Below are positions 1 to 9,332 of a stretch of DNA of 64,000 nucleotides, piece after piece. The position numbers were made by a program, and so were the translations under genes. This DNA comes from Armatimonadota bacterium (lineage in GTDB: Bacteria > Sysuimicrobiota > Sysuimicrobiia > Sysuimicrobiales > Humicultoraceae): the NCBI GenBank assembly GCA_037443365.1, contig JBBIOM010000004.1:1-64000 (forward strand). Direction: 5' to 3'. The notes under the pieces were generated by a model. That model was not told the DNA's origin, did no database searches, and was given only the letters and a program-made list of their open reading frames with translations. Numbering within the stretch: position 1 is the stretch's first letter; every line of letters starts with the position of its first letter.

Positions 1-5
1 GCGGT

Positions 6-35
6 TTGACAGGGCAGGTCGTCCGACAGTAGAAT
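6..35 (+). promoter_or_regulatory. sigma70-type promoter of the hisS-aspS leader
   Basis: TTGACA (6-11), 18-nt spacer, TAGAAT (30-35). Confidence 0.8.
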
Positions 36-61
36 GGCGGCAAGTTTCAGGTCATACCGCA

Positions 62-325
62 CCGGCTGCGAAGGGAAGAGTAGGCGCCCGGTCCTTCCAG
101 AGAGGGGAAGCCCCGCCAGGGCGGGCTGTGAGCGTCCCCAGGCATCCCGGGCTCCGAACGACACCCCTGAGCCGATGGGTTCGGCCGCGCCGCGGCTGGG
201 CCGTCCGGGTCCGCCCGTCACAGCGTAGAGGGTTCGCTCGGCGCGCATCGGCCGGGCGGGAACCAGGGTGGCACCGCGGGAAGGCGTCACGCTCCCGTCC
301 CTGTGGGACGGGAGCGTTGCTCTTC
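62..325 (+). promoter_or_regulatory. T-box riboswitch (probable Asp specifier)
   Basis: Stem I with GA motif, AGTA and AGAGA/GCTG elements, specifier loop GAAC-GAC-A (GAC 160-162); T-box AACCAGGGTGGCACCGCG at 261-278; terminator hairpin ACGCTCCCGTCCC-TGT-GGGACGGGAGCGT at 289-317. Confidence 0.9.
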
Positions 326-351
326 GCGCGCACGAAAGGAGGAGCGGCACA

Positions 352-1650
352 ATGCCCGCATTCCAGGCGCCCCGCGGGATGCGCGATATACTCCCGGGCG
401 AGGTAGAACGCTGGCAGGCGCTGGAGGCAGCGATCCATGACCTGGCGGCCCGCTACGGGTTCCGCGAGATACGCACGCCGGTAGTCGAACACACAGAGGT
501 GTTCGCGCGCACGGTGGGCGAGTCAAGCGACCTGGTCGAGAAGGAGATGTACTCCTTCCCGGACCGCGGTGGCCGTTCGCTCAGCCTGCGGCCCGAGGGG
601 ACAGCGGCCGTGATGCGCGCCTATCTCGAGCATGGACTCGCGCGGCAGCCACAGCCCGCAAAGCTCTACTACATCGCGCCCATGTTCCGCTACGATCGGC
701 CGCAGAAAGGCCGCTACCGCCAGCACACGCAGTTCGGAGCCGAGATCATAGGCAGCCCGGATCCCTCGGCCGATGCCGAAGTGCTTGCGCTGCCGGTGCG
801 TCTCCTCCAGCAGGTGGGGCTGGGCGAGGTGGAGGTTCGCCTGAACAGCGTGGGCGACGCGGCCTGTCGCCCGCGGTACCTGGACGCGCTACGCGACTAC
901 CTCGGCTCTCGCCTGGCAGACCTGTGCCCGGATTGCCGGCGCCGCCTGGAGGAGAATCCCCTTCGCATCCTTGACTGCAAGCGCGAAGAGTGCCGCCGGG
1001 TCACGCGCGGCGCGCCAGCCACCTTCGATCATCTCTGCGCGGAGTGCGCGGCTCACTTCGCCGGCGTCAGGGCGCAGTTCGACGCTCTGGGGATTCGCTA
1101 CTCGCTCGACCCGTTCATTGTGCGGGGCCTCGACTACTACACGCGCACGGCCGTCGAGGTGTACTCGGGCCGCCTGGGAGCCCAGAACGCCATGTTTGGC
1201 GGCGGCAGGTACGATGGCCTGGCAGAGCAGCTGGGCGGCCCGCCCACCCCCGGCGTGGGGTTCGGATTTGGCCTGGACCGCCTGCTGCTCGTGGGCGAGC
1301 AGGAAGGACTGGTTGGGCCCATAGAGCGTGGGGTTGAGGTGATGATCGTGGCGATCGGCACATCTGCCCGCGCAGAGGCCGTTCGCCTGACCGACTCTCT
1401 GCGCCGGGCCGGAATCCGCGCCGAGGGCGACCTGATGACCCGCCCGGTGGCGGCCCAGATGAAGCACGCGCACCGACTGGGTGCGAGGATCGCCGTGGTT
1501 CTGGGTGACGAGGAGCTGGCCGCCGGAACCCTCACGCTGCGCGACATGACGACCGGGGAGCAGACCACGGTGGCGCGTCGAGACGTTGATACGGTGCTTC
1601 GAGGCCGGCTGCGCAGGCCGGAACCGGCCGGCGGCGGGCAGGGGCGGTGA
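352..1650 (+). CDS. hisS: histidine--tRNA ligase
   Basis: PRGMRD, LRPEGTA, FRYDRPQKGRYRQ, VRGLDYY, GGGRYDGL motifs; RBS AAAGGAGG before ATG 352. Confidence 0.97.
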   Translation: MPAFQAPRGMRDILPGEVERWQALEAAIHDLAARYGFREIRTPVVEHTEVFARTVGESSDLVEKEMYSFPDRGGRSLSLRPEGTAAVMRAYLEHGLARQPQPAKLYYIAPMFRYDRPQKGRYRQHTQFGAEIIGSPDPSADAEVLALPVRLLQQVGLGEVEVRLNSVGDAACRPRYLDALRDYLGSRLADLCPDCRRRLEENPLRILDCKREECRRVTRGAPATFDHLCAECAAHFAGVRAQFDALGIRYSLDPFIVRGLDYYTRTAVEVYSGRLGAQNAMFGGGRYDGLAEQLGGPPTPGVGFGFGLDRLLLVGEQEGLVGPIERGVEVMIVAIGTSARAEAVRLTDSLRRAGIRAEGDLMTRPVAAQMKHAHRLGARIAVVLGDEELAAGTLTLRDMTTGEQTTVARRDVDTVLRGRLRRPEPAGGGQGR

Positions 1651-1664
1651 GGATGATGAGAGGG

Positions 1665-3428
1665 ATGCGCACGCACTCCTGCGGCGAGCTGCGGGGGGAG
1701 CACGTGGGACAGGAGGTACGCCTGGCCGGCTGGGTGCAGCGCCGGCGCGACCTTGGAGGGGTCATCTTCCTGGACCTGCGCGATCGCGAGGGGCTCACCC
1801 AGGTCGTGATCAACCCGAGCGAGGCGGACCCCGCCACCGTGGCGGCAGCGGGCGAGGTCAGGGCCGAGTTCGTGGTGGCCGCCAGCGGCGTGGTGGCGCG
1901 ACGTCCTGAGGGAACGACAAACCCGCGCCTTGCCACCGGCGAGATAGAGGTCCGCGCAGCGGAGCTTGCGGTCATCTCCTCGTCGCCCACGCCGCCGTTT
2001 GCTCCAGGCGATGAGGCCACCGTGGACGAGGCCCTGCGCCTGCGCTATCGGTATCTCGACCTGCGCCGGCCGCGCATGTACCGCAACCTGTTGCTGCGGC
2101 ACCAGGCAACCATGGCGGTCCGCGAGTCCCTCAACCGCCAGGGCTTCGTTGAGATCGAGACACCGATGTTGATCCGCAGCACGCCCGAGGGCGCGCGCGA
2201 CTTCCTAGTGCCCAGCCGCTTGCAGCCGGGGAAGTTCTACGCGCTCCCGCAGTCCCCGCAGCTCTTCAAGCAGCTGCTCATGGTAGGCGGCGTGGACAGG
2301 TACTTCCAGATCGCGCGGTGCTTCCGCGACGAGGACCTGCGCGCCGACCGCCAGCCGGAGTTCACGCAGATAGACATCGAGATGAGCTTTGCCGGCCAGG
2401 ATGAGGTCATCGAGGTCACCGAGGAGATGATCGCCGACGTTCTAGTGCGGGTGTCTGGCATGCAGGCCGAGCATCCCTTCCCGCGCCTGACGTACGGCGA
2501 TGCGATGCTCCGCTTCGGGTCCGACAAGCCCGATCTGCGTGTGCCGCTCGAGATCGTGGATCTGACCGATCTGGCCGCGGGCAGCGGGGTTGCCAGGTTT
2601 CAGGAAGCGGCGGCGTCCGGCGGGGTGCTGAGGGCGCTGCGCGTTCCGGGGCAGGCCGGCGTAGGGCGTCGCGACCTGGACACGATGGCCGCCTCGGCCC
2701 GCGCCGCCGGCGCCGAAGGACTGGCCTCACTCGCGCTGACCTCATCGGGTCCCAAGGGAGCGCTGGCCAGGCACCTGGCGGAAGGCATGATCGCCGCCAT
2801 CGCCTTGCGCACCGAGGCCCGGGAAGGCGACCTGATCCTGCTCATGGCCGGGCCAGCGGGCGTCGCCGCATCCGCGCTCGGACGCCTCAGGATCGAGGCA
2901 GCCGAGCGCTTCGGCCTGCGCGAAGACGGGGCAGCCATGAAGTTCGTCTGGGTAACGGGCTTCCCCCTGATGGAGTTCGACTCTTCCCAGGGACGATATG
3001 TCTCCGTGCATCATCCGTTCACGGCGCCCATGGAGGAGGACCTGCACCTGCTGGAGACCTCACCCGGGCAGGTCCGCGCGCAGGCGCACGATCTCGTGCT
3101 GAACGGCGTGGAGCTAGGTGGAGGAAGCATGCGCATACACCAACCCCAGATGCAGGAGCGGGCCTTCAGGCTGCTGGGGATCTCTCCGGAGCAGGCGCAG
3201 GAGAGGTTCGGATTCCTGCTCGACGCGCTCCGGTTCGGCGCGCCGCCGCACGGCGGGATTGCGCTGGGCCTGGACCGGCTCGTGATGCTGCTGGCCGGCG
3301 AAGCGACGATCCGCGAGGTCATCGCTTTCCCCAAGACGGCGAGCGCGACCGACCTGATGGTGGGAGCGCCGGCCCCGGTTGACCCCGAGCTGACGCGCGA
3401 GGTCCACATCGCAATAGTCCCAGAGTAG
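1665..3428 (+). CDS. aspS: aspartate--tRNA ligase
   Basis: MRTHSCGELR N-terminus, STPEGARDF, LPQSPQLFKQ, FRDEDLRADRQPEF, PPHGGIALGLDR; start could be 1653/1656. Confidence 0.97.
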   Translation: MRTHSCGELRGEHVGQEVRLAGWVQRRRDLGGVIFLDLRDREGLTQVVINPSEADPATVAAAGEVRAEFVVAASGVVARRPEGTTNPRLATGEIEVRAAELAVISSSPTPPFAPGDEATVDEALRLRYRYLDLRRPRMYRNLLLRHQATMAVRESLNRQGFVEIETPMLIRSTPEGARDFLVPSRLQPGKFYALPQSPQLFKQLLMVGGVDRYFQIARCFRDEDLRADRQPEFTQIDIEMSFAGQDEVIEVTEEMIADVLVRVSGMQAEHPFPRLTYGDAMLRFGSDKPDLRVPLEIVDLTDLAAGSGVARFQEAAASGGVLRALRVPGQAGVGRRDLDTMAASARAAGAEGLASLALTSSGPKGALARHLAEGMIAAIALRTEAREGDLILLMAGPAGVAASALGRLRIEAAERFGLREDGAAMKFVWVTGFPLMEFDSSQGRYVSVHHPFTAPMEEDLHLLETSPGQVRAQAHDLVLNGVELGGGSMRIHQPQMQERAFRLLGISPEQAQERFGFLLDALRFGAPPHGGIALGLDRLVMLLAGEATIREVIAFPKTASATDLMVGAPAPVDPELTREVHIAIVPE

Positions 3429-3429
3429 A

Positions 3430-3458
3430 TTGCGAGAAGGGCGGGGGGCTGCTAGAAT
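3430..3458 (+). promoter_or_regulatory. promoter of 6S RNA
   Basis: TTGCGA-17 nt-TAGAAT with extended -10 TG. Confidence 0.7.
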
Positions 3459-3473
3459 CCGGGTTGGAAGGAA

Positions 3474-3654
3474 AGTTCCCTGCCGTGCACGAGGCGGGCC
3501 AGAAGTTCCGATCCAACACATTGGCCCGGGGAGCCCGCCTCCGGACGTCGAGGCAGGCCCGCAGGCAGTAGGCGGGAGCCGAAGCGTTCGGGAGGGCACC
3601 CACCTGCGAGAGCAGGATTCGGGAACTCCGTCCCGCACGGCACGGCGGGGAACT
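3474..3654 (+). ncRNA. ssrS: 6S RNA
   Basis: About 180-nt intergenic element whose ends pair (AGTTCCCTGCCGTGC ... GCACGGCGGGGAACT), has its own promoter, and lies downstream of aspS as in Firmicutes. Confidence 0.8.
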
Positions 3655-3655
3655 G

Positions 3656-4897
3656 CTAGTAGATGAACTCCTCTATGTCGTAGCGCGCCACGCGCGCCCC
3701 CGGCCTCACTGACGCCCTTGCTCCCGCAACCAGTTCGTCCACCTGATCCCACATCTGGTCCTCGGTAAGCGCCACGATCCCGGCCGCCCGGGCCCTGTCG
3801 GTGTAGGGGCCTTCCTGCGGCGCCTGGAACGCCGAGACATAGAGCAGGTCCGCGGCTCCAAGCCGCATGGCCTGTATCGCCTCCAGCGTGGCCCGAGTGT
3901 GCCGGTGCCGGAATGCATCTCCGCCGATGCCGGCCATGACGATCACGCCGACGCCCAGCCCCGCGTCGTGGAGCGCGTGCGCGAACTCGACCGCCTCAGC
4001 CGCCGACTGGGGCTTGTTCAGGAACCGGAGCAGCTCGTCATCGCCGCTCTCCAGTCCCAGGTAGACCCGCCGCAATCCACGGGCGCGCAGGGCAGCCAGG
4101 TCGCGGCGACTGCGGCGCGCCCCGGTGAAGACATCCACGAACGCCGCCAGGTCTGTGGCGTGCCCGGGAAACGTCTGCGCCAGCATCTCGATGCGCGGCA
4201 GGAGATCGCCGACCGGAAGCAGCAGGGCGTTGGCGTCTCCAAGGAACGTGCCGCGCCGCAGCGTGAGTCCTGGACCGAAGAAGGCCCCCACCGCTTCGAG
4301 ATGGGCTGCGAACTCCTCTGGCGGTTTGATCCTGAACGGCCGGGCCCGGTAGAAGGTGCAGAAGGCGCACCGGTTCCAGTGGCAGCCCTCGGTCATCTGG
4401 ACAACGAGCGAGCGATACCGGTCAGGAGGAAGGATCGGCACCGGGACGTAGGCCGAGGCGAACCTGCAGGCGTCCGTCTCGGCAGCGCGCGCATCGAATC
4501 GGGCGGCGGACCCCAGCAACTCGGCGGCCCTTCCGGCGTCGGGATCCCCGGGCATGGACCAGATGATCTCGGCCTCCCCGCCGCGCAGCGCCGTCAGGGC
4601 CCGGGCCGCGGCACCGGAGGCCTCGCCCACGAGCGCGTCGCGCGCGCCGGCGTCCAGGAACTCCCTGTGCCGACGCGGATGCCGTCCCCGCCGGTCTGTG
4701 TGCTTGCGCATGACGCGCCCGTCCAGCGCGCGACGGTAGAGGCGGTATCCGACCCACGCGGACCAGAGCCGGCCGGCGTGGTCAAACGTGTAGATGGCCT
4801 CTGGGCCGTCAAACACGGTGATCACCAGCGAATCACGCTTGCAGGCGACGCGCGGCGGACGTGTCGTGCTCACGCGGGTTTCTTCGCACCCCTCCAC
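3656..4897 (-). CDS. radical SAM protein with N-terminal extension
   Basis: GCHWNRCAFC cluster motif, FLGDANAL, VYLGLESGDD; start may be GTG 4873. Confidence 0.85.
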   Translation of the reverse strand: MEGCEETRVSTTRPPRVACKRDSLVITVFDGPEAIYTFDHAGRLWSAWVGYRLYRRALDGRVMRKHTDRRGRHPRRHREFLDAGARDALVGEASGAAARALTALRGGEAEIIWSMPGDPDAGRAAELLGSAARFDARAAETDACRFASAYVPVPILPPDRYRSLVVQMTEGCHWNRCAFCTFYRARPFRIKPPEEFAAHLEAVGAFFGPGLTLRRGTFLGDANALLLPVGDLLPRIEMLAQTFPGHATDLAAFVDVFTGARRSRRDLAALRARGLRRVYLGLESGDDELLRFLNKPQSAAEAVEFAHALHDAGLGVGVIVMAGIGGDAFRHRHTRATLEAIQAMRLGAADLLYVSAFQAPQEGPYTDRARAAGIVALTEDQMWDQVDELVAGARASVRPGARVARYDIEEFIY

Positions 4898-4944
4898 GCC
4901 GGTCCCTCCGAGCGTTCGGTACGTGGTACCATGTATGGTAGCCT

Positions 4945-6321
4945 ATGGCTCTCTTCGACGCGGCCCCAACACGCTCCGCGGCGGTCCCGCTGGCCGCCCG
5001 GCTGCGCCCGCGCACGCTCGACGAGTTCGTCGGGCAGGAGCACCTCGTAGGCCCTGGCAGGGCGCTCAGGACGGCGATCGAGCAGGATGCGGTTCGCAGC
5101 CTGATCCTCTGGGGTCCGCCGGGCACTGGCAAGACCTCGCTTGCGCTGCTGATCGCCGCAAGGACACGCGCCCACGTCGAGCAGGTCAACGCGGTGACGG
5201 CCGGGGTCGCCGACCTGCGGCGCATCATCGCCCATGCGCAGGACCGTCTGAGGTTCCACCAGCAGCGCACGCTGCTGATCGTTGATGAGATCCACCGCTT
5301 CAACAAGGCGCAGCAGGACGTGCTTCTGCCGCACGTGGAGGTCGGCGTGATCATCCTGATTGGCGCCACCACCCAGAACCCGTTCCACGACGTGAACCCG
5401 ACGCTGATCTCGCGCTCCGCCGTGGCTCAGCTCGAGCCACTGGATGCGGCGTCAATCCGGGTAGTCGTGGAGCGGGCGATTGTCCACCCCGACGGCCTGG
5501 CGGATCCCAGGCTCGACCTCGATCCCGAGGCGGCCGAGTTCCTTGCCTCGGCGAGCAACGGCGATGCCCGCGTGGCCCTCAATGCGCTGGAGGCCGCATC
5601 CGCCGCGGCGGTGGAGATCGAGGGGCGCCGGCGGATCACGCTCGCGCTCGTCACCGACGCCAGTCAGTGCCGCATCCTTCCCTACGACCGGGAGGGCGAC
5701 GCCCACTACGACGCGATCTCGGCGTTCATCAAGAGCCTGCGCGGTTCAGACCCCGACGCGGCGGTGTACTGGATGGCGCGGATGCTGGAGGCGGGAGAGG
5801 ATCCCAGGTACATCGCTCGCCGAATGGTGATACACGCCGCCGAGGACGTCGGTTTGGCCGATCCGATGGCCCTTCTGGTCGCCACCGCGGCCATGCAGGC
5901 CGTCGAGTTCGTTGGGCTCCCGGAGGCGCGCATACCCATGGCCGAGGCCGCCATATACATCGCTGCGGCGCCCAAGAGCAACGCGGTGGTGACGGCGATC
6001 GGCGAGGCGATGCGCGATGTCCAGCAGGAGCGTGCCGACCCGGTGCCCGTGCACCTGCGCGACACGAGCCATCCCCAGGTGGTCGAGCGCCTCGGCTACG
6101 GCGAAGGATACCTGTACCCGCACGACTTCCCCGAGGGCTTCGTGCGGCAGCAGTATCTGCCGATGGGACTCGAGAACCGGCGTTACTACCGGCCCACAGA
6201 GCACGGCGCCGAGGCCGCTGTGCGCAGGCGGCTGGAACGGCGGTGGGGGAAGGACGCCGCTCCCGCCCAGGAACAGCCCCGCGAGGGGTCGAACGACGAG
6301 AGGGACGAAGCTGGTCATTGA
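4945..6321 (+). CDS. rarA: replication-associated recombination protein A (RarA/MgsA)
   Basis: PLAARLRP, WGPPGTGKT, DEIHRFNKAQQD, ISAFIKSLRGSDPDAA. Confidence 0.95.
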   Translation: MALFDAAPTRSAAVPLAARLRPRTLDEFVGQEHLVGPGRALRTAIEQDAVRSLILWGPPGTGKTSLALLIAARTRAHVEQVNAVTAGVADLRRIIAHAQDRLRFHQQRTLLIVDEIHRFNKAQQDVLLPHVEVGVIILIGATTQNPFHDVNPTLISRSAVAQLEPLDAASIRVVVERAIVHPDGLADPRLDLDPEAAEFLASASNGDARVALNALEAASAAAVEIEGRRRITLALVTDASQCRILPYDREGDAHYDAISAFIKSLRGSDPDAAVYWMARMLEAGEDPRYIARRMVIHAAEDVGLADPMALLVATAAMQAVEFVGLPEARIPMAEAAIYIAAAPKSNAVVTAIGEAMRDVQQERADPVPVHLRDTSHPQVVERLGYGEGYLYPHDFPEGFVRQQYLPMGLENRRYYRPTEHGAEAAVRRRLERRWGKDAAPAQEQPREGSNDERDEAGH

Positions 6322-6380
6322 CTTGCTGGCCGGCGGCGCTCCCTGATACCATCAAGCCAAGAGGAGCGCGCGGTGAAGCC

Positions 6381-7457
6381 ATGAGCAGGATAGCCGTCGC
6401 CATGAGCGGCGGGGTGGACAGCGCGGTGGCCGCGGCCCTGCTCACCGAGCAGGGCTGCGACGTCATCGGGCTCACGATGATGCTGGGGCCGCAGTGCTCG
6501 CCCGAAGGTGACGGGAACACCCGGTCGTGCTGCGGCATGCGCGCGATCGAGGACGCGCACATAGCGGCCCGGCGGCTAGGCATCCGCCACCACGTGCTGG
6601 ACCTGCGCGAGGAGTTCGATCGCGAGGTCGTCGGCCGCTTCTGCGATGAGTACGCTCGGGGCCGCACGCCCAATCCCTGCATCACGTGCAACCAGGCGAT
6701 CAAGTTCCGCGCTCTGCTGGAGCGGGCGGAGGCGCTGGGTTGCGAGGCCCTGGCCACCGGGCACTACGCCCGGATCGCCCCCGACGGCCGCAGCGGCAGG
6801 CTGGTGCTGCTGCGCGCCGCAGACCGCCGGAAGGACCAGTCGTACGTGCTCTATTCGCTGACGCAGGGGCTGTTGGCGCGTCTGCGCTTCCCGGTGGGCG
6901 GGTATCTCAAGGAGGAGATCCGGGCCATCGCGCGCCGAAGGAGGCTGACCGTTGCCGACAAGCCCGACAGCCAGGAGATCTGCTTCGCTCCCAGGGGACG
7001 CCACGCCGATCTCGTGGCCGAGCGGCGGCCCGAGGCATTCCTTCCCGGGCCGATCCTGGATCTTGCCGGCAGGGTGGTCGGCACTCACGCCGGGATCGCC
7101 CGATACACGGTCGGGCAGCGCCGCGGGCTAGGGCTGGCGATGGGTGTAGCGCGGTACGTGCTCGAGGTTGACGCGCGGGGCAACGCGCTCGTAATAGGAG
7201 GTCCGGAAGGGCTGCGGCGAAGTCGTCTCGAGATGGACCGGGTGAACTGGATCGCCCCGACGCCGCTTCCGGCTGCCGCGACGGTGCGCGTGCGGTACGG
7301 GGCGCCCGATGTCCCTGCGATGCTGCACGCCCGTGGTCCTGATGGTGTGCTGGTGGAGTTCCACGAGCCCCAGCGCGCGGCTGCGCCCGGTCAGGCCGCC
7401 GCCTTCTACGACGGCGACCGCGTGCTGGGCGGGGGAATCATAGAAAGCCTATCCTGA
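6381..7457 (+). CDS. mnmA: tRNA 2-thiouridylase
   Basis: AMSGGVDS PP-loop, TPNPCITCN, ATGHYAR, KDQSY, DSQEICF, PGQAAAFY. Confidence 0.95.
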   Translation: MSRIAVAMSGGVDSAVAAALLTEQGCDVIGLTMMLGPQCSPEGDGNTRSCCGMRAIEDAHIAARRLGIRHHVLDLREEFDREVVGRFCDEYARGRTPNPCITCNQAIKFRALLERAEALGCEALATGHYARIAPDGRSGRLVLLRAADRRKDQSYVLYSLTQGLLARLRFPVGGYLKEEIRAIARRRRLTVADKPDSQEICFAPRGRHADLVAERRPEAFLPGPILDLAGRVVGTHAGIARYTVGQRRGLGLAMGVARYVLEVDARGNALVIGGPEGLRRSRLEMDRVNWIAPTPLPAAATVRVRYGAPDVPAMLHARGPDGVLVEFHEPQRAAAPGQAAAFYDGDRVLGGGIIESLS

Positions 7458-7479
7458 TCTGGAAGGGAGATGAGCGGCA

Positions 7480-7809
7480 ATGGGACACCGAAACGACTTT
7501 GTGGCCGGGTTCATCGTGGGCGGTCTGCTGGGCACGGCAGTGGCGTTGCTGCTGGCGCCTCGCTCGGGGGAGGAGACACGCACCCGCCTGGCAGGGTCTG
7601 CGGAAGACCTGGGCGAGCGTGCGCGCGATCGCGCAGAAGAGGTCATCAAGAGACTGCGCGTCACCGCCGAGGACCTCTCGCAGCGCGGGCGGGTGAAGCT
7701 GGACGAGGGAGCCTCCAAGATTCGCGAAGCGATGGAGCGTGGTCGTGAGACGCTCGAGGAGAAGACCAGAGGGCTCCGCGAGTGCCGCGAGGAAGAGCCG
7801 AAAGAGTAG
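7480..7809 (+). CDS. YtxH-domain protein
   Basis: FVAGFIVGGLLGTAVALLLAPRSGEETR signature. Confidence 0.85.
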   Translation: MGHRNDFVAGFIVGGLLGTAVALLLAPRSGEETRTRLAGSAEDLGERARDRAEEVIKRLRVTAEDLSQRGRVKLDEGASKIREAMERGRETLEEKTRGLRECREEEPKE

Positions 7810-7813
7810 CACG

Positions 7814-9103
7814 CTGACGCTGGCGATCCCGCAGCACCTGAGGCCCGGCCTTGAGATCGTCAGGCGGTTGCGCGAGGCCGGGTGGGAGACATACCTGGTC
7901 GGCGGGGTTGTGCGGGACCTGCTCCTTGGCCGTCCGGCCGCCGACCTGGACATCGCCACGGCCGCGTCCCCCCAACAGGTGGCCGCGTTGTTCGACCGGG
8001 CGGTGCCGGTGGGAATCCAGTTCGGCGTCGTGGCCGTCGTCCTGGGCGGGCATCCCTATCAGGTGGCCACCTTCCGCAGGGAGGGCCCGTATCTGGACGG
8101 TCGCCGCCCCTCGTTCGTCGAACCCGCCAGCGCGCGGGATGACGTACGCCGGCGTGACTTCACCGTCAACGCCCTGCTGTGCGACCCATCCAGCGGCGAG
8201 ATCATTGACCATGTAGGCGGCCGGGCCGATCTCGCCAGGCGGCGCATTCGCACGGTCGGCCCACCGTCCGAGCGCTTCGCCGAGGACCGGCTACGGCTGC
8301 TGCGCGCGGTGCGGCTGGCCGCCGAGCTGGAGTTCACCTTGGATCCACGCACTCGCGCGGCGATCGCGGGCCTCGCATCCACAATCACCGGGGTCAGCGC
8401 GGAGAGGATCCGCGACGAGCTGATACGGCTGCTGGTCGCGCCGGGCTCCACCGAGGGCGTTCGCACGATGGCGTCAACAGGACTCCTGAGAGCCATCCTG
8501 CCCGAGGTGGCGGCCCTCTCGTCAGTGCCTGCCCCACATGCCGACGGCCCCGCCGCCGACGCGCTCGAGCACGCCTGCCGGATGCTGCGATTCCTGAGGC
8601 CGCCGGCGCCTGAGACGGCCCTTGCCGCTCTGCTCTGCCGCCTGCCCGAGGCCACCGCGCAGGAGATCTGCCGTCGCCTGCGCCTGAGCACGGCCTCGCG
8701 CCGCAGGGTCGCGGCGCTTGTCCGCGAGTTCCCCCGGTTCGGGGCGCATGCCCGCGCATCCCGGCCGGATGCCCGCCGCCTGCGGCGCCTGGGGATAGCA
8801 GGGAGTCTGCTCGCGCTGCTCCGGGCGGACCAGGAGGCCGCAGGCAGAGACCCCGCCGCCTGCCTGCGCGCCCTGGGGCCGTTGGCCGCCAGCATCGAGG
8901 ACGCCCCGGGACCGGACCATCTGGTGAGCGGCGACGACCTGATTGCCATGGGCTATGCTCCGGGTCCGGCGTTTGCCGTGATGCTGCGCGCGGTCGACGA
9001 GGCGTGGGTCCGCGGTGAGGTCGCGAACGCGGAGGCGGCGCGCGGGTGGGTACGCGACCGCTTCCCGGCAGGTGCGACCAGCCCGCCCGTGGAACCGACA
9101 TGA
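7814..9103 (+). CDS. cca: class II tRNA nucleotidyltransferase (CCA-adding / poly(A) polymerase family); start uncertain
   Basis: VGGVVRDLLLG, DLDIAT, RRDFTVNAL, EDRLRLLRAVR, SAERIRDEL. Confidence 0.85.
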   Translation: MTLAIPQHLRPGLEIVRRLREAGWETYLVGGVVRDLLLGRPAADLDIATAASPQQVAALFDRAVPVGIQFGVVAVVLGGHPYQVATFRREGPYLDGRRPSFVEPASARDDVRRRDFTVNALLCDPSSGEIIDHVGGRADLARRRIRTVGPPSERFAEDRLRLLRAVRLAAELEFTLDPRTRAAIAGLASTITGVSAERIRDELIRLLVAPGSTEGVRTMASTGLLRAILPEVAALSSVPAPHADGPAADALEHACRMLRFLRPPAPETALAALLCRLPEATAQEICRRLRLSTASRRRVAALVREFPRFGAHARASRPDARRLRRLGIAGSLLALLRADQEAAGRDPAACLRALGPLAASIEDAPGPDHLVSGDDLIAMGYAPGPAFAVMLRAVDEAWVRGEVANAEAARGWVRDRFPAGATSPPVEPT

Positions 9104-9137
9104 GCGACCGAGCAGACCCGATTGGACGGAGGCCGGC

Positions 9138-9284
9138 ATGACAGAACGTGCTGCGTTGTACGCTGTGCTCTGGGCTCTGGGCGTCATGGTCGTGATCGGC
9201 GCGCTGCTTCCCCTCATCTGGCCCGGGCTGATCCGCTTCGTCAATCGAAGCGTGCTGAATGAGGACGGCGCCGCGGACAGCTGA
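9138..9284 (+). CDS. small single-pass membrane protein (48 aa)
   Basis: GGAGG RBS at 9128-9132; hydrophobic ALYAVLWALGVMVVIGALLPLIW. Confidence 0.6.
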   Translation: MTERAALYAVLWALGVMVVIGALLPLIWPGLIRFVNRSVLNEDGAADS

Positions 9285-9332
9285 GCACGCTCCCCGCGGA
9301 TTCGCCGCGCGCCTGCCAATACAAGGATATGC

